A DNA stretch of 64,000 nt from Oscillospiraceae bacterium (GTDB lineage Bacteria > Bacillota > Clostridia > Oscillospirales > Ruminococcaceae), in NCBI GenBank assembly GCA_045544635.1, contig JAZPZJ010000093.1, positions 2,632 to 66,631 on the forward strand, read 5' to 3'. Positions 10,153 through 20,136 of this stretch are shown here, one piece after another. Numbering within the stretch: the first letter of the stretch is position 1; each line of letters starts with the position of its first letter. Both the position numbers and the translations under genes were made by a program. The notes beneath the pieces are model-generated. The model saw nothing but the letters and a program-made list of their open reading frames with translations. It did no database searches and had not been told where the DNA came from.

Positions 10153-12837
10153 ATGATGAAGGAAAAAGTTAGATCGACAAAACTGAAAGGTACTGTCCTG
10201 TATACTGTCATTTCCGTGCTCATGGTGCTCATCGTATTTCTGATGGGCACCCTGGCGCTTGCTGCAACGGCGAGCAACCGGGCGATGAATAGCTATAATT
10301 CAGCGCAGACGCAGTATACTGCAAAGGCGGGCGTTCAGGCGATCATGTCTGCGATGCAGAACAACAAGGATATCGCAAAGGAAATTGCGAATGTTGACGC
10401 AGATTATCCGCTCGTTAACGTGGCGGTTGATTTTGGTGCTGCGGATGCCGTTACTGGTGAAAACGAAGCAGCCAGCCTTGGCCGTATCACATCCGCAACT
10501 GCGGAGTTTGCTGGTACAAAGTGGGTACTGAATACCGACACCGAGGACGAGAACTACGGAAAGATGGAAGAAAAGGTGGTTGTCAAGATTTCTGCGACTG
10601 CACAGCAGGGCAGAGAGTCCTCCACCGTTTCTGCATATGTGCTCAGAGATGCTGAGCCGAAGGAAAGCTCTGCCGGCGGCGGCGGCGGCTTCGTGTCTAC
10701 GGGTTCTGCTGAGAACGGAACCAAGACCTCTGCATTCGGCGGTACCTACATCGGTTATGATGGTGCTGGCGTTGGTGCGGATATGGACGTTGTCAATGGT
10801 AATACCGTATACGAATCCGATTTCCATGTAAATGGCAATCTGAATATTGAGGTAAATCTTGACCTTGTGATCAAGGAACCCGGAACCGGTGTAACAGTCT
10901 GGAAAGATTTGACTCTGAATAATGGTGGTATTACCATTTCCACCCGCAATGCAAATAAGCTGGCGTTCCAGAACAAGGAAATTCCTTATACTGATATTCC
11001 TTATATCTATGTAGACGGAACCTTTAATGGAGGATCAAGCACATCATTAACTCTTGGATCTAAAGATATTCCACTGAATATTTTCTGCGGTACGCTTGTG
11101 ACACCCGGTTCTGACAATAAAGTTTATGCAGATATCTATTGCTACGACGAGAATGGAACAAGTTTTCTGAGAGGCAAAAACAGATCCAGACTCTATTCCT
11201 GGATCGCACAGGTTGTGGATGCTGACAATGTAAAGGGTGACCATTATGCTGGTAGTATTTATACAAAGGGCAATCTTGTGATCGAAGGTGGTTCTAAAAC
11301 TATTGATGGGGATGTTTTTGTTGAAAAGGATCTGACCATTACACAGGATACCGACATATATGGCGATATCTACGTTGGTGGCACGTTCAATCTTAATTCT
11401 GGCAATCTTCGTATGTTTGGTGGAACCATCTATTGCGACAATGTTGCTCAGAATGGCGGTAGCATCACTGCATATGTTGATGGTCTTTCTGTTGAGTATG
11501 GGCATAAGGAATTAATAACGGGTTATGAAACTGAAACGAAAGACGATGCTGTTCCCGGTACTTTAAATGGAGAGTGGTACTGGTGCCGACCGGATGGTAC
11601 GACGCTTCAGCCGACTTACATTGGTTCGATTACAACTGGTGTTGATGCTGAGGGCAAAACGATTTATATCAACCAATGGGGCGGAACTGTTACACCCCCG
11701 TCATACACAGTTTACTATGATCCAACCGGAGCTGAAATCAGTAAGGCGGACTATGACGCAAATGCATATCTTGATATCCCAGATCGTTATTATGATGAGT
11801 TTGGCAACTTGTATGTGTATGAGGATGGAAGTCCTGCAAAGGAGGAGCATTTGCCTGAGGCTCTGAAAAAACTTACTGCTCCAATTGAACCCTTCGGTGA
11901 TGCAAAGTTCCCGGCAGAGTATGAAAAGGATATCATCCTTGGTAATGCAACGCTTCCGGGTCACGAGAACACAGACAGTACAAAGATCATCACAACCGTA
12001 GCGGATGTCATGGCAGGTGCGATCAACCCCTACAACACCTTGACAGAAGTACCGGATACCTATAAACCAGATGTTGAATCCAACGTGAAGTATTATAACT
12101 CCGGTGAGAAGGTAGAGGAAACAATCGAAGAATCCTGTACGATTTACGGAAATATCAAGCTTGGCAGCAAGCTGTATTTCAAGGTAAAGACCGGCGAAGA
12201 GATCTGGGTTGTAATTGGCAAGGATGGAACTGGCCTGACATGTAATAACGCATCTCAGCTGGTGCTTCTTGATGATGATCCTGAATACCAGGGCACAGTG
12301 AATTTCCTGATCAATGGTAATGTAACATTTGATTCTAATGGCGGAACATTCCCCTTTACCACATCCACCATTCAGAATCTGATGAAGACCAATACAGATT
12401 TCCAGATTTATACCAATTCCAAGTATGCAGTAGATGATGTAGAAAAGGTAATCGATCCGATTCGCCTGAATATCTATTGTGCAAAGAATGGTGGTAATGG
12501 ATATACGCTGAACATCGGTAACTCTACCATGCTTGCTGCGAATATCACAGCACCCTATCTGGAACTGGCACTTGGTTCCGGTAACTATGGGTACCGTAAT
12601 CATGGCGATGACAGCATGAATATCTATTATAACGGTTTTAACATCTATGATGATTATCCTACCAGCAGATATAATCAGATTGGTTGTATCGGTTGCTGCG
12701 TCATCCGTGTGCTGACCGGTCAGTCCAATGACTTCATGCTGCTCTATGTTCCGAAGGATACAGGAGCTCCTGATCCTGGCGATTGGGAAGACGCCCTCAT
12801 GACAAGCTGGCGTATTCTCTACTACGAGAACTATTAA
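10153..12837 (+). CDS. large PilX-N-terminal-domain-like pilus-associated protein (candidate tip/adhesin component)
   Basis: ATG at 10153 after AAAGGTGG. The N-terminal hydrophobic helix GTVLYTVISVLMVLIVFLMGTLALAATASNRAMNSYNSAQTQYTAKAG resembles the PilX N-domain. The remaining ~840 aa are Gly/Asn/Thr/Asp/Tyr-rich with short degenerate turns (IDGDVFVEKDLTITQDTDIYGDIYVGGTFNL). Confidence 0.6.
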   Translation: MMKEKVRSTKLKGTVLYTVISVLMVLIVFLMGTLALAATASNRAMNSYNSAQTQYTAKAGVQAIMSAMQNNKDIAKEIANVDADYPLVNVAVDFGAADAVTGENEAASLGRITSATAEFAGTKWVLNTDTEDENYGKMEEKVVVKISATAQQGRESSTVSAYVLRDAEPKESSAGGGGGFVSTGSAENGTKTSAFGGTYIGYDGAGVGADMDVVNGNTVYESDFHVNGNLNIEVNLDLVIKEPGTGVTVWKDLTLNNGGITISTRNANKLAFQNKEIPYTDIPYIYVDGTFNGGSSTSLTLGSKDIPLNIFCGTLVTPGSDNKVYADIYCYDENGTSFLRGKNRSRLYSWIAQVVDADNVKGDHYAGSIYTKGNLVIEGGSKTIDGDVFVEKDLTITQDTDIYGDIYVGGTFNLNSGNLRMFGGTIYCDNVAQNGGSITAYVDGLSVEYGHKELITGYETETKDDAVPGTLNGEWYWCRPDGTTLQPTYIGSITTGVDAEGKTIYINQWGGTVTPPSYTVYYDPTGAEISKADYDANAYLDIPDRYYDEFGNLYVYEDGSPAKEEHLPEALKKLTAPIEPFGDAKFPAEYEKDIILGNATLPGHENTDSTKIITTVADVMAGAINPYNTLTEVPDTYKPDVESNVKYYNSGEKVEETIEESCTIYGNIKLGSKLYFKVKTGEEIWVVIGKDGTGLTCNNASQLVLLDDDPEYQGTVNFLINGNVTFDSNGGTFPFTTSTIQNLMKTNTDFQIYTNSKYAVDDVEKVIDPIRLNIYCAKNGGNGYTLNIGNSTMLAANITAPYLELALGSGNYGYRNHGDDSMNIYYNGFNIYDDYPTSRYNQIGCIGCCVIRVLTGQSNDFMLLYVPKDTGAPDPGDWEDALMTSWRILYYENY

Positions 12838-12849
12838 GGAGGTGCTGTT

Positions 12850-13305
12850 ATGAAAAAACTTCGTAAGAAGAATTACAAGTGCAAAGGTATGACGCTTGTA
12901 GAAATCATCATCTCCTTGTTCATCTTTACAGTCATGGCAGCAATGATGGTGCAGATCGGTGAGGTAATCAACAACCTCACCCGAAATGCAAACCACGTTA
13001 ACCGTAAGGTTGCTGCAGAAGCACCGCTTGCAGAAAATGAAGTCACAAACAGTGCCAATGGTCTGACAACTGTGACGGATGACAATCTGAAGATTCAGGT
13101 GCAGGTTGGCGCCTATACGGCGTATGTCAAGGGGCAAACTTACTCTACCAATGGCGCTGTTGCTGGTGATGCTTTTGCAGATACTAACGCAAATATTGAT
13201 CTGGAATTTGTCGCTGTAGACCTCCAGAAAAAGACCGGTGAGAACCTCTGGAAGGATCCGGATGCGGAAGATCCCGATGCAGAAGAGCCGGCTCCGGGAA
13301 CATAA
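12850..13305 (+). CDS. prepilin-type minor pilin/pseudopilin
   Basis: Class III signal ...KCKG|MTLVEIIISLFIF (Gly-1, Glu+5). Confidence 0.8.
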   Translation: MKKLRKKNYKCKGMTLVEIIISLFIFTVMAAMMVQIGEVINNLTRNANHVNRKVAAEAPLAENEVTNSANGLTTVTDDNLKIQVQVGAYTAYVKGQTYSTNGAVAGDAFADTNANIDLEFVAVDLQKKTGENLWKDPDAEDPDAEEPAPGT

Positions 13306-13320
13306 GATGGGAGGTGCTGC

Positions 13321-14481
13321 ATGAAAATGAATAAAACCGTAAAAGGTTTCACATTGATCGAGCTGATCATCGTTATGGCGACCTTTTCCATCATTATGTT
13401 TGGTGCGTTCCAGCTGATGGATCCGGTAGGCAGGATCTTCAACAAAGCGTATCATCAGGAGAGCATGTCCGCCTCCGTGGATAATATCAAGCGCTATGTT
13501 GAGGGAAATCTGCGTTATGCAGAATATGTGCAGATTACGAGTACTCAGCCAACCGATGACGACCTGAAAAAGTTCATTGATAACTATTATAATGGCAGAT
13601 ATTATTATCAGAAGGATGCCAGCGACAATCTCGGTTTCTCCCTTGCAAACGGCGATCTCTATGTGATGAAGATTGACAATGCAAACGGCGGAAAGATCAG
13701 CCAGTGGAAGTATACTTATCAGGCTGGCGATCTGAAGGCTGACCCGAAGCATCTGCCGCATCCGGATGATCTAGCAAATCCCGATCTTGAAGAAGCGGAT
13801 TACAGATATTATTTCTGGGGTCCGGGCGAAGTACCTGCAATTGTTGAATCCAAGTGGATTCCGACCAGCAAGGATGATATCCCTACAACGGTAACTGCTG
13901 TAAGCGGCGGCTATCAGGAATGGGCAATCAACAAAGCAATGTATGATGATTACCATTTCAACATTTCTTTGGGCATGTACGAGCTGGTGGACAATCAGTT
14001 GGTTTGGAATTCAGGTTATTATGATCTGGTCAACACCGATGGTGATACGGTTGTTGGTTCCTTTGATCAGGATAATTTCAGCCTGACGATCACCGCATAC
14101 GATGTTCCCACTGCTGAAAATCCGAGACTTCCCAGTGAAGAAAACGGACGTTTCATTTATGATCCCGGCTATGTTCACAGCGCAAGCATTTCGCTGCCGA
14201 ATATCAGCACGGACGAGGACTCCTATTATACCTATGAGTGGGAGTGGGTGCTTGATGATCCTGCAAATCCGACAGATGTCATCAGTAATGCAAAAAATAT
14301 GGATGACAGCACACAGGTGAAGATCATTGACAAGCAGAAAGACGGCAGTGTTGAGAATCCGTTCTTCTGTGAGCTGACTCGTGCCTTGGATGATGAAGGC
14401 AATATGGTTGACGAATTCATTGAACCCAATGAGTTCTACATCATTTACTCCTATCCCGGTGAAGATATTATCAAACCCTAA
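13321..14481 (+). CDS. prepilin-type minor pilin (large, 386 aa)
   Basis: MKMNKTVKG|FTLIELIIVMATF prepilin cleavage/methylation motif. Confidence 0.8.
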   Translation: MKMNKTVKGFTLIELIIVMATFSIIMFGAFQLMDPVGRIFNKAYHQESMSASVDNIKRYVEGNLRYAEYVQITSTQPTDDDLKKFIDNYYNGRYYYQKDASDNLGFSLANGDLYVMKIDNANGGKISQWKYTYQAGDLKADPKHLPHPDDLANPDLEEADYRYYFWGPGEVPAIVESKWIPTSKDDIPTTVTAVSGGYQEWAINKAMYDDYHFNISLGMYELVDNQLVWNSGYYDLVNTDGDTVVGSFDQDNFSLTITAYDVPTAENPRLPSEENGRFIYDPGYVHSASISLPNISTDEDSYYTYEWEWVLDDPANPTDVISNAKNMDDSTQVKIIDKQKDGSVENPFFCELTRALDDEGNMVDEFIEPNEFYIIYSYPGEDIIKP

Positions 14482-14495
14482 AAGAATACAAAAAA

Positions 14496-14529
14496 CCGGC
14501 AGTCGGAAGGATTGCTTCCGACTGCCGGG
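14496..14529. terminator. bidirectional hairpin between convergent pilin gene and pilD
   Basis: CCGGCAGTCGGAAG-GATT-GCTTCCGACTGCCGG, preceded by AAAAA. Confidence 0.6.
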
Positions 14530-14541
14530 CTTGTATTGAGT

Positions 14542-15372
14542 TTACTGCACTGCGTATGGATCATAGGTAAGCATGCCAATGTACCAATCCACCAGCGCAT
14601 CTCCGAACAGGGCGCCGATGAATAATCCCATGGCAAGGAACGGACCAAATGCAAATTTGGATTCGCCGCTGCGGTACTTGTTAATGATGCCGCAGACCGC
14701 TGCGATGGCGATGCCGAAGAATGCGGAAGCCACAACGGCTTTCCAGCCGATCAATGCACCGCTGACTGCCATCAGGATCGTGTCGCCAAGCTCAATGCCA
14801 CGAATCTTTTCCCCCGTCTTCTTCTTGATGATTGCACCGCTGATCTCACCGATGAGGAAGAACGGCACACTGATGCAGACAAGTCCGATCAGACGTGACG
14901 GCAGGCTGACTGCATCCGACAAAAGCGCACTCGGTACGGCAAGCACCAGAATCAGGAGCAACAGCCGGATGTCCATTTCCATTGTATCCCAATCAATAAA
15001 TCCGATGCAGATCAGGAGTGAGAAGAACAGACAATAGAGAATGGACTGCGCATTGAAATCCAGCACCGTAAATGTGACAACATAAACGATTCCGTTCAGT
15101 GCTTCCACAATGGGGTAACGGGGCGAGATCTTTTCACCGCAGCTGTGACATTTTCCCTTGAGGAACAGCCAGCTGAAAATCGGTATGAGATCCCGGATCC
15201 TGATTTTGGTTCCACATGTCATGCAGTGGGATGCACGCTTGATCAGAGATTCGTTTTTCGGCAGACGGAAAATGACAACATTCAGAAAACTGCCGATGCA
15301 AATACCATAGAAAAATACGATAGGGTAGAACATGATGTAGAAACCGATGTCCATAAATTCGCTGTGAAGCAT
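14542..15372 (-). CDS. pilD: prepilin peptidase / N-methyltransferase (A24 family)
   Basis: 276 aa, polytopic, with Cys cluster CMTCGTKI...CHSCGEKISPRYPIVE typical of PilD. Confidence 0.9.
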   Translation of the reverse strand: MLHSEFMDIGFYIMFYPIVFFYGICIGSFLNVVIFRLPKNESLIKRASHCMTCGTKIRIRDLIPIFSWLFLKGKCHSCGEKISPRYPIVEALNGIVYVVTFTVLDFNAQSILYCLFFSLLICIGFIDWDTMEMDIRLLLLILVLAVPSALLSDAVSLPSRLIGLVCISVPFFLIGEISGAIIKKKTGEKIRGIELGDTILMAVSGALIGWKAVVASAFFGIAIAAVCGIINKYRSGESKFAFGPFLAMGLFIGALFGDALVDWYIGMLTYDPYAVQ

Positions 15373-15464
15373 GATGTATGCCCTCCTTAAAGTCGATTAT
15401 ACATATATTATATCATAATGATACATTTTTTACAAGTGCAAAATCAAAGTATGGAGGTTATTGT

Positions 15465-17135
15465 ATGAGAAACATTCGAATCGGTGATTATCTTGTTGAA
15501 CAGAAGTTAATCACGCCCGACCAGCTGGATAAGGTTCTGGCAGCACAGAAGGAAGCGCAGGACGGCAAGCGTTTCGGTGAACTGGTTGTGGAGATGGGTT
15601 TCATTTCTGAGATCCGTCTGGCACAGGCACTCGCCGGCAAGCTTCGTGTACCCTTTGTGGATCTCGCAAACATCGAGATCGACGAGGAAGCAGTTCGTAA
15701 GATTCCGGAGAATCTGGCGAAGAAGTACACCGTTATTGCGATCAATGTGCAGGGCCGCCGACTGACAGTTGCAACGGATGACCCGATCAACTTCAACATT
15801 CTGGAAGATATCAAGATGCAGACCGGTATGGATACTATCCCGGTACTGGCTACCAGAACTGCCATCAACAAGGCAATCGGCCACCTGTACTCTATGGAGA
15901 ACGTAGACAGCGTACTCGAGAGCGTAACGCAGTATGGTTCTGTGGATACCGAGGATGAGGAATCCCGTGACCGTGTTGAAAGTGCGCCGATCGTAAAGCT
16001 GGCAACTACCATCATCGAGAACTCCTACAGAGCAGAGGCAACCGATATTCATATCGAGCCCTTTAAGACCTACACCCGTATCCGTATCCGTGTTAACGGT
16101 GACCTTGTAGAGCTCATGAACGTTTCCAACGTGGTACATAATGCACTGACCACCCGTCTCAAGCTCATTTCCGGTATGAACATCGCCGAGAAGCGTATCC
16201 CGCAGGACGGCCGTTTCACACAGGTTGTTGACGGCACCACACTTGACGTCCGTGTATCCTCACTGCCGACGGTTAACGGTGAGAAGATCGTAATCCGTAT
16301 TCTGTCCACCGGTCAGATTGCTCTGCGTAAGATCACTGACCTGGGTATGTCCGATTATAACTACCAGCTGTTTGAATCCATGATCAAGTGCCCGCACGGC
16401 GTTATCCTGGTAACAGGGCCTACCGGTTCCGGTAAGACAACCACTCTGTACGCTGCGCTCGGTGAGCTGGCAAAGCCCCATGTAAACGTTATTACTGTTG
16501 AAGACCCGGTCGAGAAGGCGATCGACGGTATCAATCAGGTACAGGTAAACTCCAAGGCAGGTATGACTTTTGCGGCTGCTCTGCGTTCCATCCTCCGTCA
16601 GGACCCGGATATCGTTATGATCGGTGAGATGCGTGACTCTGAGACTGCGGATATCGGTATCCGTGCCGCTATCACAGGTCACTTGGTACTCTCCACGCTG
16701 CATACCAACGATGCAGCTTCCACCATTGTCCGTCTCGTTGACATGGGCGTTGCTCCCTACATGGTAGCAACCTCTCTGATCGGCGTTATTGCACAGCGAC
16801 TGGTTAAGGTACTGTGCCCGAAGTGCAAGAAGCAGCGTATGTCCACTGATGAAGAAAACGGTCTGATGAAGATCCCGGCATCCGTACCGGTATGCGAAGC
16901 AGGCGGCTGCAGTGAGTGCAACAACACCGGCTACAGAGGCAGAACTGCGATTCATGAAATCATCCACTGCACATCCGGTATTTCTACCATTGTTGCTAGA
17001 AACGGCAGCAAGGAAGAGATCGAGGAACAGGCGAAGAAGAACGGCACAAAGCTCCTGCGTGACAACGTATCGGAACTGGTACAGAAGGGCGTTACTTCCA
17101 TGGATGAGCTGGTTCGTGTAACCTACGCTGTATAA
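15465..17135 (+). CDS. pilB: type IV pilus extension ATPase (GspE/PilB family)
   Basis: ATG 15465 after GGAGG. MRNIRIGDYLVEQKLITPDQLDKVL (T2SSE_N), Walker A GPTGSGKTTT, and C-terminal CPKC...CSEC zinc motif. Confidence 0.93.
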   Translation: MRNIRIGDYLVEQKLITPDQLDKVLAAQKEAQDGKRFGELVVEMGFISEIRLAQALAGKLRVPFVDLANIEIDEEAVRKIPENLAKKYTVIAINVQGRRLTVATDDPINFNILEDIKMQTGMDTIPVLATRTAINKAIGHLYSMENVDSVLESVTQYGSVDTEDEESRDRVESAPIVKLATTIIENSYRAEATDIHIEPFKTYTRIRIRVNGDLVELMNVSNVVHNALTTRLKLISGMNIAEKRIPQDGRFTQVVDGTTLDVRVSSLPTVNGEKIVIRILSTGQIALRKITDLGMSDYNYQLFESMIKCPHGVILVTGPTGSGKTTTLYAALGELAKPHVNVITVEDPVEKAIDGINQVQVNSKAGMTFAAALRSILRQDPDIVMIGEMRDSETADIGIRAAITGHLVLSTLHTNDAASTIVRLVDMGVAPYMVATSLIGVIAQRLVKVLCPKCKKQRMSTDEENGLMKIPASVPVCEAGGCSECNNTGYRGRTAIHEIIHCTSGISTIVARNGSKEEIEEQAKKNGTKLLRDNVSELVQKGVTSMDELVRVTYAV

Positions 17136-17158
17136 TTTGACTGCTTGGAGGAAAAACT

Positions 17159-18226
17159 ATGAATATTGATATCAACCGCATTCTGAACGAAGCACGTGTA
17201 ATTGGCTGCTCGGACTTGCATTTCACTTACGGCATCACGCCCATCGTTCGTCTGAACGGTGCACTCCGTAAGATGAGCAAGTACCCCGAGATGGACGAGG
17301 AGACCATCCTCTCCATCGTGGATCAGATGACCAACGAAACCCAGCGTGCAAGCGTTCGTGCGCATAGAGATACCGACTTCTCTTTCACCACATCCGCAGG
17401 CTATCGTCACCGTGTGAACGTGTATTTCCAGAGAGGAAAGACCGCGATTGCGATCCGTCTGCTGCGTAACGATATCCCGACACTGGACGATCTGAGCCTG
17501 CCGCCGGTACTGGCAGACTTTGCAATGCGTCCCCGTGGTCTGGTGCTGGTAACCGGTCCTACCGGTTCCGGTAAGTCCACCACACTGGCTGGTATGATCG
17601 ACTACATCAACGTAAACCGCAGTGCACATATCATTACCATTGAGGACCCGATCGAGTATGTGCACCAGCACAAGCTCTGCATGATCAACCAGAGAGAAGT
17701 TGGCGACGACGTTCCGGACTTCGCATCTGCGCTCCGTGCTGCCCTCCGTGAGGACCCGGACGTAATCCTCGTAGGTGAGATGCGTGACTTCGAGACCATC
17801 ACCGCTGCGGTAACCGCTGCGGAAACCGGTCACCTTGTATTGTCCACCCTGCATACTACCTCTGCTGCTGATACCATCAACCGTATCATCGACGTATATC
17901 CTGAGCATCAGCAGGGTCAGATCCGTACCCAGCTTGCGAATACCCTCGTTGGCGTTATCTCTCAGACACTGCTCCCGAAGCGTGACGGCAGCGGCCGAAT
18001 CGCAGCAATGGAGATCCTGAGTGTAACCGACGCCTGCGCAGCGATGATCCGTGATGACAAGGTACACCTGCTGCTGTCTGCAATCCAGTCCGGTAAGCAG
18101 TATGGTATGATGTGTCTTGACCAGGAGCTGGCTCGTCTGGCAAAGCGCGGCGTTGTTACCGAGAGCGATGCAATCGACAAGTGCCAGAGCAAGCAGGAGT
18201 TCTACCGTTATCTCAACGGTCAGTAA
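17159..18226 (+). CDS. pilT: twitching-motility retraction ATPase
   Basis: 355 aa with SDLHF, GPTGSGKSTT and the GHLVLSTLHT PilT signature. Confidence 0.93.
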   Translation: MNIDINRILNEARVIGCSDLHFTYGITPIVRLNGALRKMSKYPEMDEETILSIVDQMTNETQRASVRAHRDTDFSFTTSAGYRHRVNVYFQRGKTAIAIRLLRNDIPTLDDLSLPPVLADFAMRPRGLVLVTGPTGSGKSTTLAGMIDYINVNRSAHIITIEDPIEYVHQHKLCMINQREVGDDVPDFASALRAALREDPDVILVGEMRDFETITAAVTAAETGHLVLSTLHTTSAADTINRIIDVYPEHQQGQIRTQLANTLVGVISQTLLPKRDGSGRIAAMEILSVTDACAAMIRDDKVHLLLSAIQSGKQYGMMCLDQELARLAKRGVVTESDAIDKCQSKQEFYRYLNGQ

Positions 18227-18253
18227 GAAGCTTGCGGCGAATACTGCAATATA

Positions 18254-18283
18254 CCCCCGTTCCACAAGGAACGGGGGTTTTGT
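18254..18283 (+). terminator. rho-independent terminator after pilT
   Basis: CCCCCGTTCC-ACAA-GGAACGGGGG followed by TTTTGTG. Confidence 0.7.
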
Positions 18284-18304
18284 GCCGCATGCCTTCAGAG
18301 AATG

Positions 18305-18337
18305 AAAAACGCCCCATATTCCGCGGAATATGGGGCG
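18305..18337 (-). terminator. rho-independent terminator after the DUF4364 gene
   Basis: CGCCCCATATTCC-GC-GGAATATGGGGCG, with a T-run on the minus strand (AAAAA at 18305-18309). Confidence 0.65.
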
Positions 18338-18343
18338 TACATA

Positions 18344-18949
18344 CTAATTATCACTCAGATCCAGCGGCTCTGCTTCATTTTTCATCGCCGCCTCCAGTAC
18401 ATTGTGATAGAATACGGAGGGATTGGACAGGACTCTCTCCCCCAGCAGCTTTGCCTGCTTCAGATCGGGAGTAAAGAGCGTCAGCTCCAGAAGCGTCACG
18501 GACTGATCCGTGATGCGTACCCGCAGGTGGCAGCCCTGCTCCAATGGCAGATATTCCACCTTGACATCATTTTCGTTGCGGCGGCGTTCCATGGCACGCT
18601 TTGCCGCCAGTACGATATGGTCACGGTAGGACTTCGCTGCAAAGGTCTTTAGCCTGCGTGCGCAGTCCACACCCGTTTCAGTGAGGGTGTAGATCGTCTC
18701 GCCCTTTTCATTCTGTTTGGTTGTGACGGAACCATTTTCCTGCAGGGACTGCAATGCGTCCTGATAGGTGAAGTAATTGATAATGCCCTCGGTTACGGCA
18801 ATATCATAGAGCAGCTCGGATTCCACCGGCTCCTTCACACGATAGAGCATATAGCAGAGCAGGACATTGGCAACGGAGGAATCCGTTACGCTGCGGTCGG
18901 CGAGTTCGGAGATTTTCAAGAGGTTCTCGTCACGCATCTGCTTCTTCAT
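18344..18949 (-). CDS. DUF4364-like putative regulator
   Basis: Start MKKQMRDENLL at 18949. Its ATG overlaps the aroC stop by 1 nt (TAATG). The sequence ...LLCYMLYRVKEPVESELLYDIAVTEGIINYFTYQDALQSLQENG resembles the DUF4364 family as I recall it. Confidence 0.55.
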   Translation of the reverse strand: MKKQMRDENLLKISELADRSVTDSSVANVLLCYMLYRVKEPVESELLYDIAVTEGIINYFTYQDALQSLQENGSVTTKQNEKGETIYTLTETGVDCARRLKTFAAKSYRDHIVLAAKRAMERRRNENDVKVEYLPLEQGCHLRVRITDQSVTLLELTLFTPDLKQAKLLGERVLSNPSVFYHNVLEAAMKNEAEPLDLSDN

Positions 18950-20052
18950 TATTCTACAAAATGGGGGTAGTCCAGCATGTGGGACAGCAGTGCAATATTC
19001 ACCGCAGCTTCCACACACGGCACAGCACGGGCTACGATGCAGGGATCGTGTCTGCCCTTGATCACGAGTGTATCATTGGTCATGGAACTCATATTCACGG
19101 TCTGCTGCGGCTGACTGATGGAAGCAGTCGGCTTGATGGCAACCCGCATGGTGATCGGCATACCGGAGGAAATACCGCCGAGGATGCCGCCGTGGTTGTT
19201 GGACAGGGTTCTCACATGACCACGCTCATCCACATAAAAGCTGTCGTTGTTCTGGCTGCCGACCATCTTGGCAACCTCGAATCCTGCGCCGAATTCCAGA
19301 CCCTTTACCGCAGGAATGCCGAATACCAGCTGGGAAATGGTGTTCTCAAGGCCATCGAACATCGGGGAACCGATGCCTGCCGGTACATTGATCGCAACGC
19401 ATTCGATGATGCCGCCGAGGGATTCGCCGCCCTCACGGGCTGCGAGGATATCCTCCTGCATCTTCTTGCCCTGCGTATTTTTGATTACGGGGAAGCCCTT
19501 TCCACGCACAGCCAGAATATCGTCCTTTGTGACGTTTACATGATCGAATTCTTCATCCTTGATGCCGTGGATCTCGGCAATATGAGCACCGACATAGATC
19601 CCTCTGCGCTCGAGGATCTGTCCGCAGACAGCACCTGCAAAGCAGAGCGGTGCAGTGAGTCTGCCGGAGAAATGGCCGCCGCCTCTGACATCGTTGAAGC
19701 CCTTGTAACGCAGTGCGCCGGTGTAGTCCGCATGTCCGGGACGGGGGAGCTTCATCAGGTTGGAATAATCCTTGGAACGGGTGTCCGTATTCTGGATGAA
19801 GGCGCACAGGGGTGTGCCCGTGGTGCGGTCATTCATCAGACCGGACATGATCTGGTTCAGATCCTTTTCCTTGCGGGGCGTGGTAGTACCGTCGCTCTTG
19901 GGCGCACGACGCTCCATGAACTGGTGGAGCTTCTCAAGATCAATATATTCACCGGGCGGCAGATTGTCGATCGTAACGCCGATCGCCGGTCCATGTGATT
20001 CGCCGAAAATCGAAATGGAGATGCGGTTATTCCAGAATGATGCCATTGGCAA
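18949..20052 (-). CDS. aroC: chorismate synthase
   Basis: 367 aa: FGESHGPAIGVTIDNLPPG, RPGHADYTG, GRHDPCIV. Confidence 0.95.
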   Translation of the reverse strand: MPMASFWNNRISISIFGESHGPAIGVTIDNLPPGEYIDLEKLHQFMERRAPKSDGTTTPRKEKDLNQIMSGLMNDRTTGTPLCAFIQNTDTRSKDYSNLMKLPRPGHADYTGALRYKGFNDVRGGGHFSGRLTAPLCFAGAVCGQILERRGIYVGAHIAEIHGIKDEEFDHVNVTKDDILAVRGKGFPVIKNTQGKKMQEDILAAREGGESLGGIIECVAINVPAGIGSPMFDGLENTISQLVFGIPAVKGLEFGAGFEVAKMVGSQNNDSFYVDERGHVRTLSNNHGGILGGISSGMPITMRVAIKPTASISQPQQTVNMSSMTNDTLVIKGRHDPCIVARAVPCVEAAVNIALLSHMLDYPHFVE

Positions 20053-20136
20053 TACCTCCTAATAGTAAATCCTCATGAATGCAGCGGTCTGCGACAGCTG
20101 CGGTTATTTCTATTATAACATAAATTATCGAAGATT

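Noticed and set aside
7687-13761. Long minus-strand ORFs (7687-9144, 485 aa; 11701-13761, 686 aa) inside the pil cluster.
   Set aside because: They are antisense to pilM, the PilX-like gene and the pilin genes, which have diagnostic motifs. Their translations are Ile/Cys/His-rich with no features.
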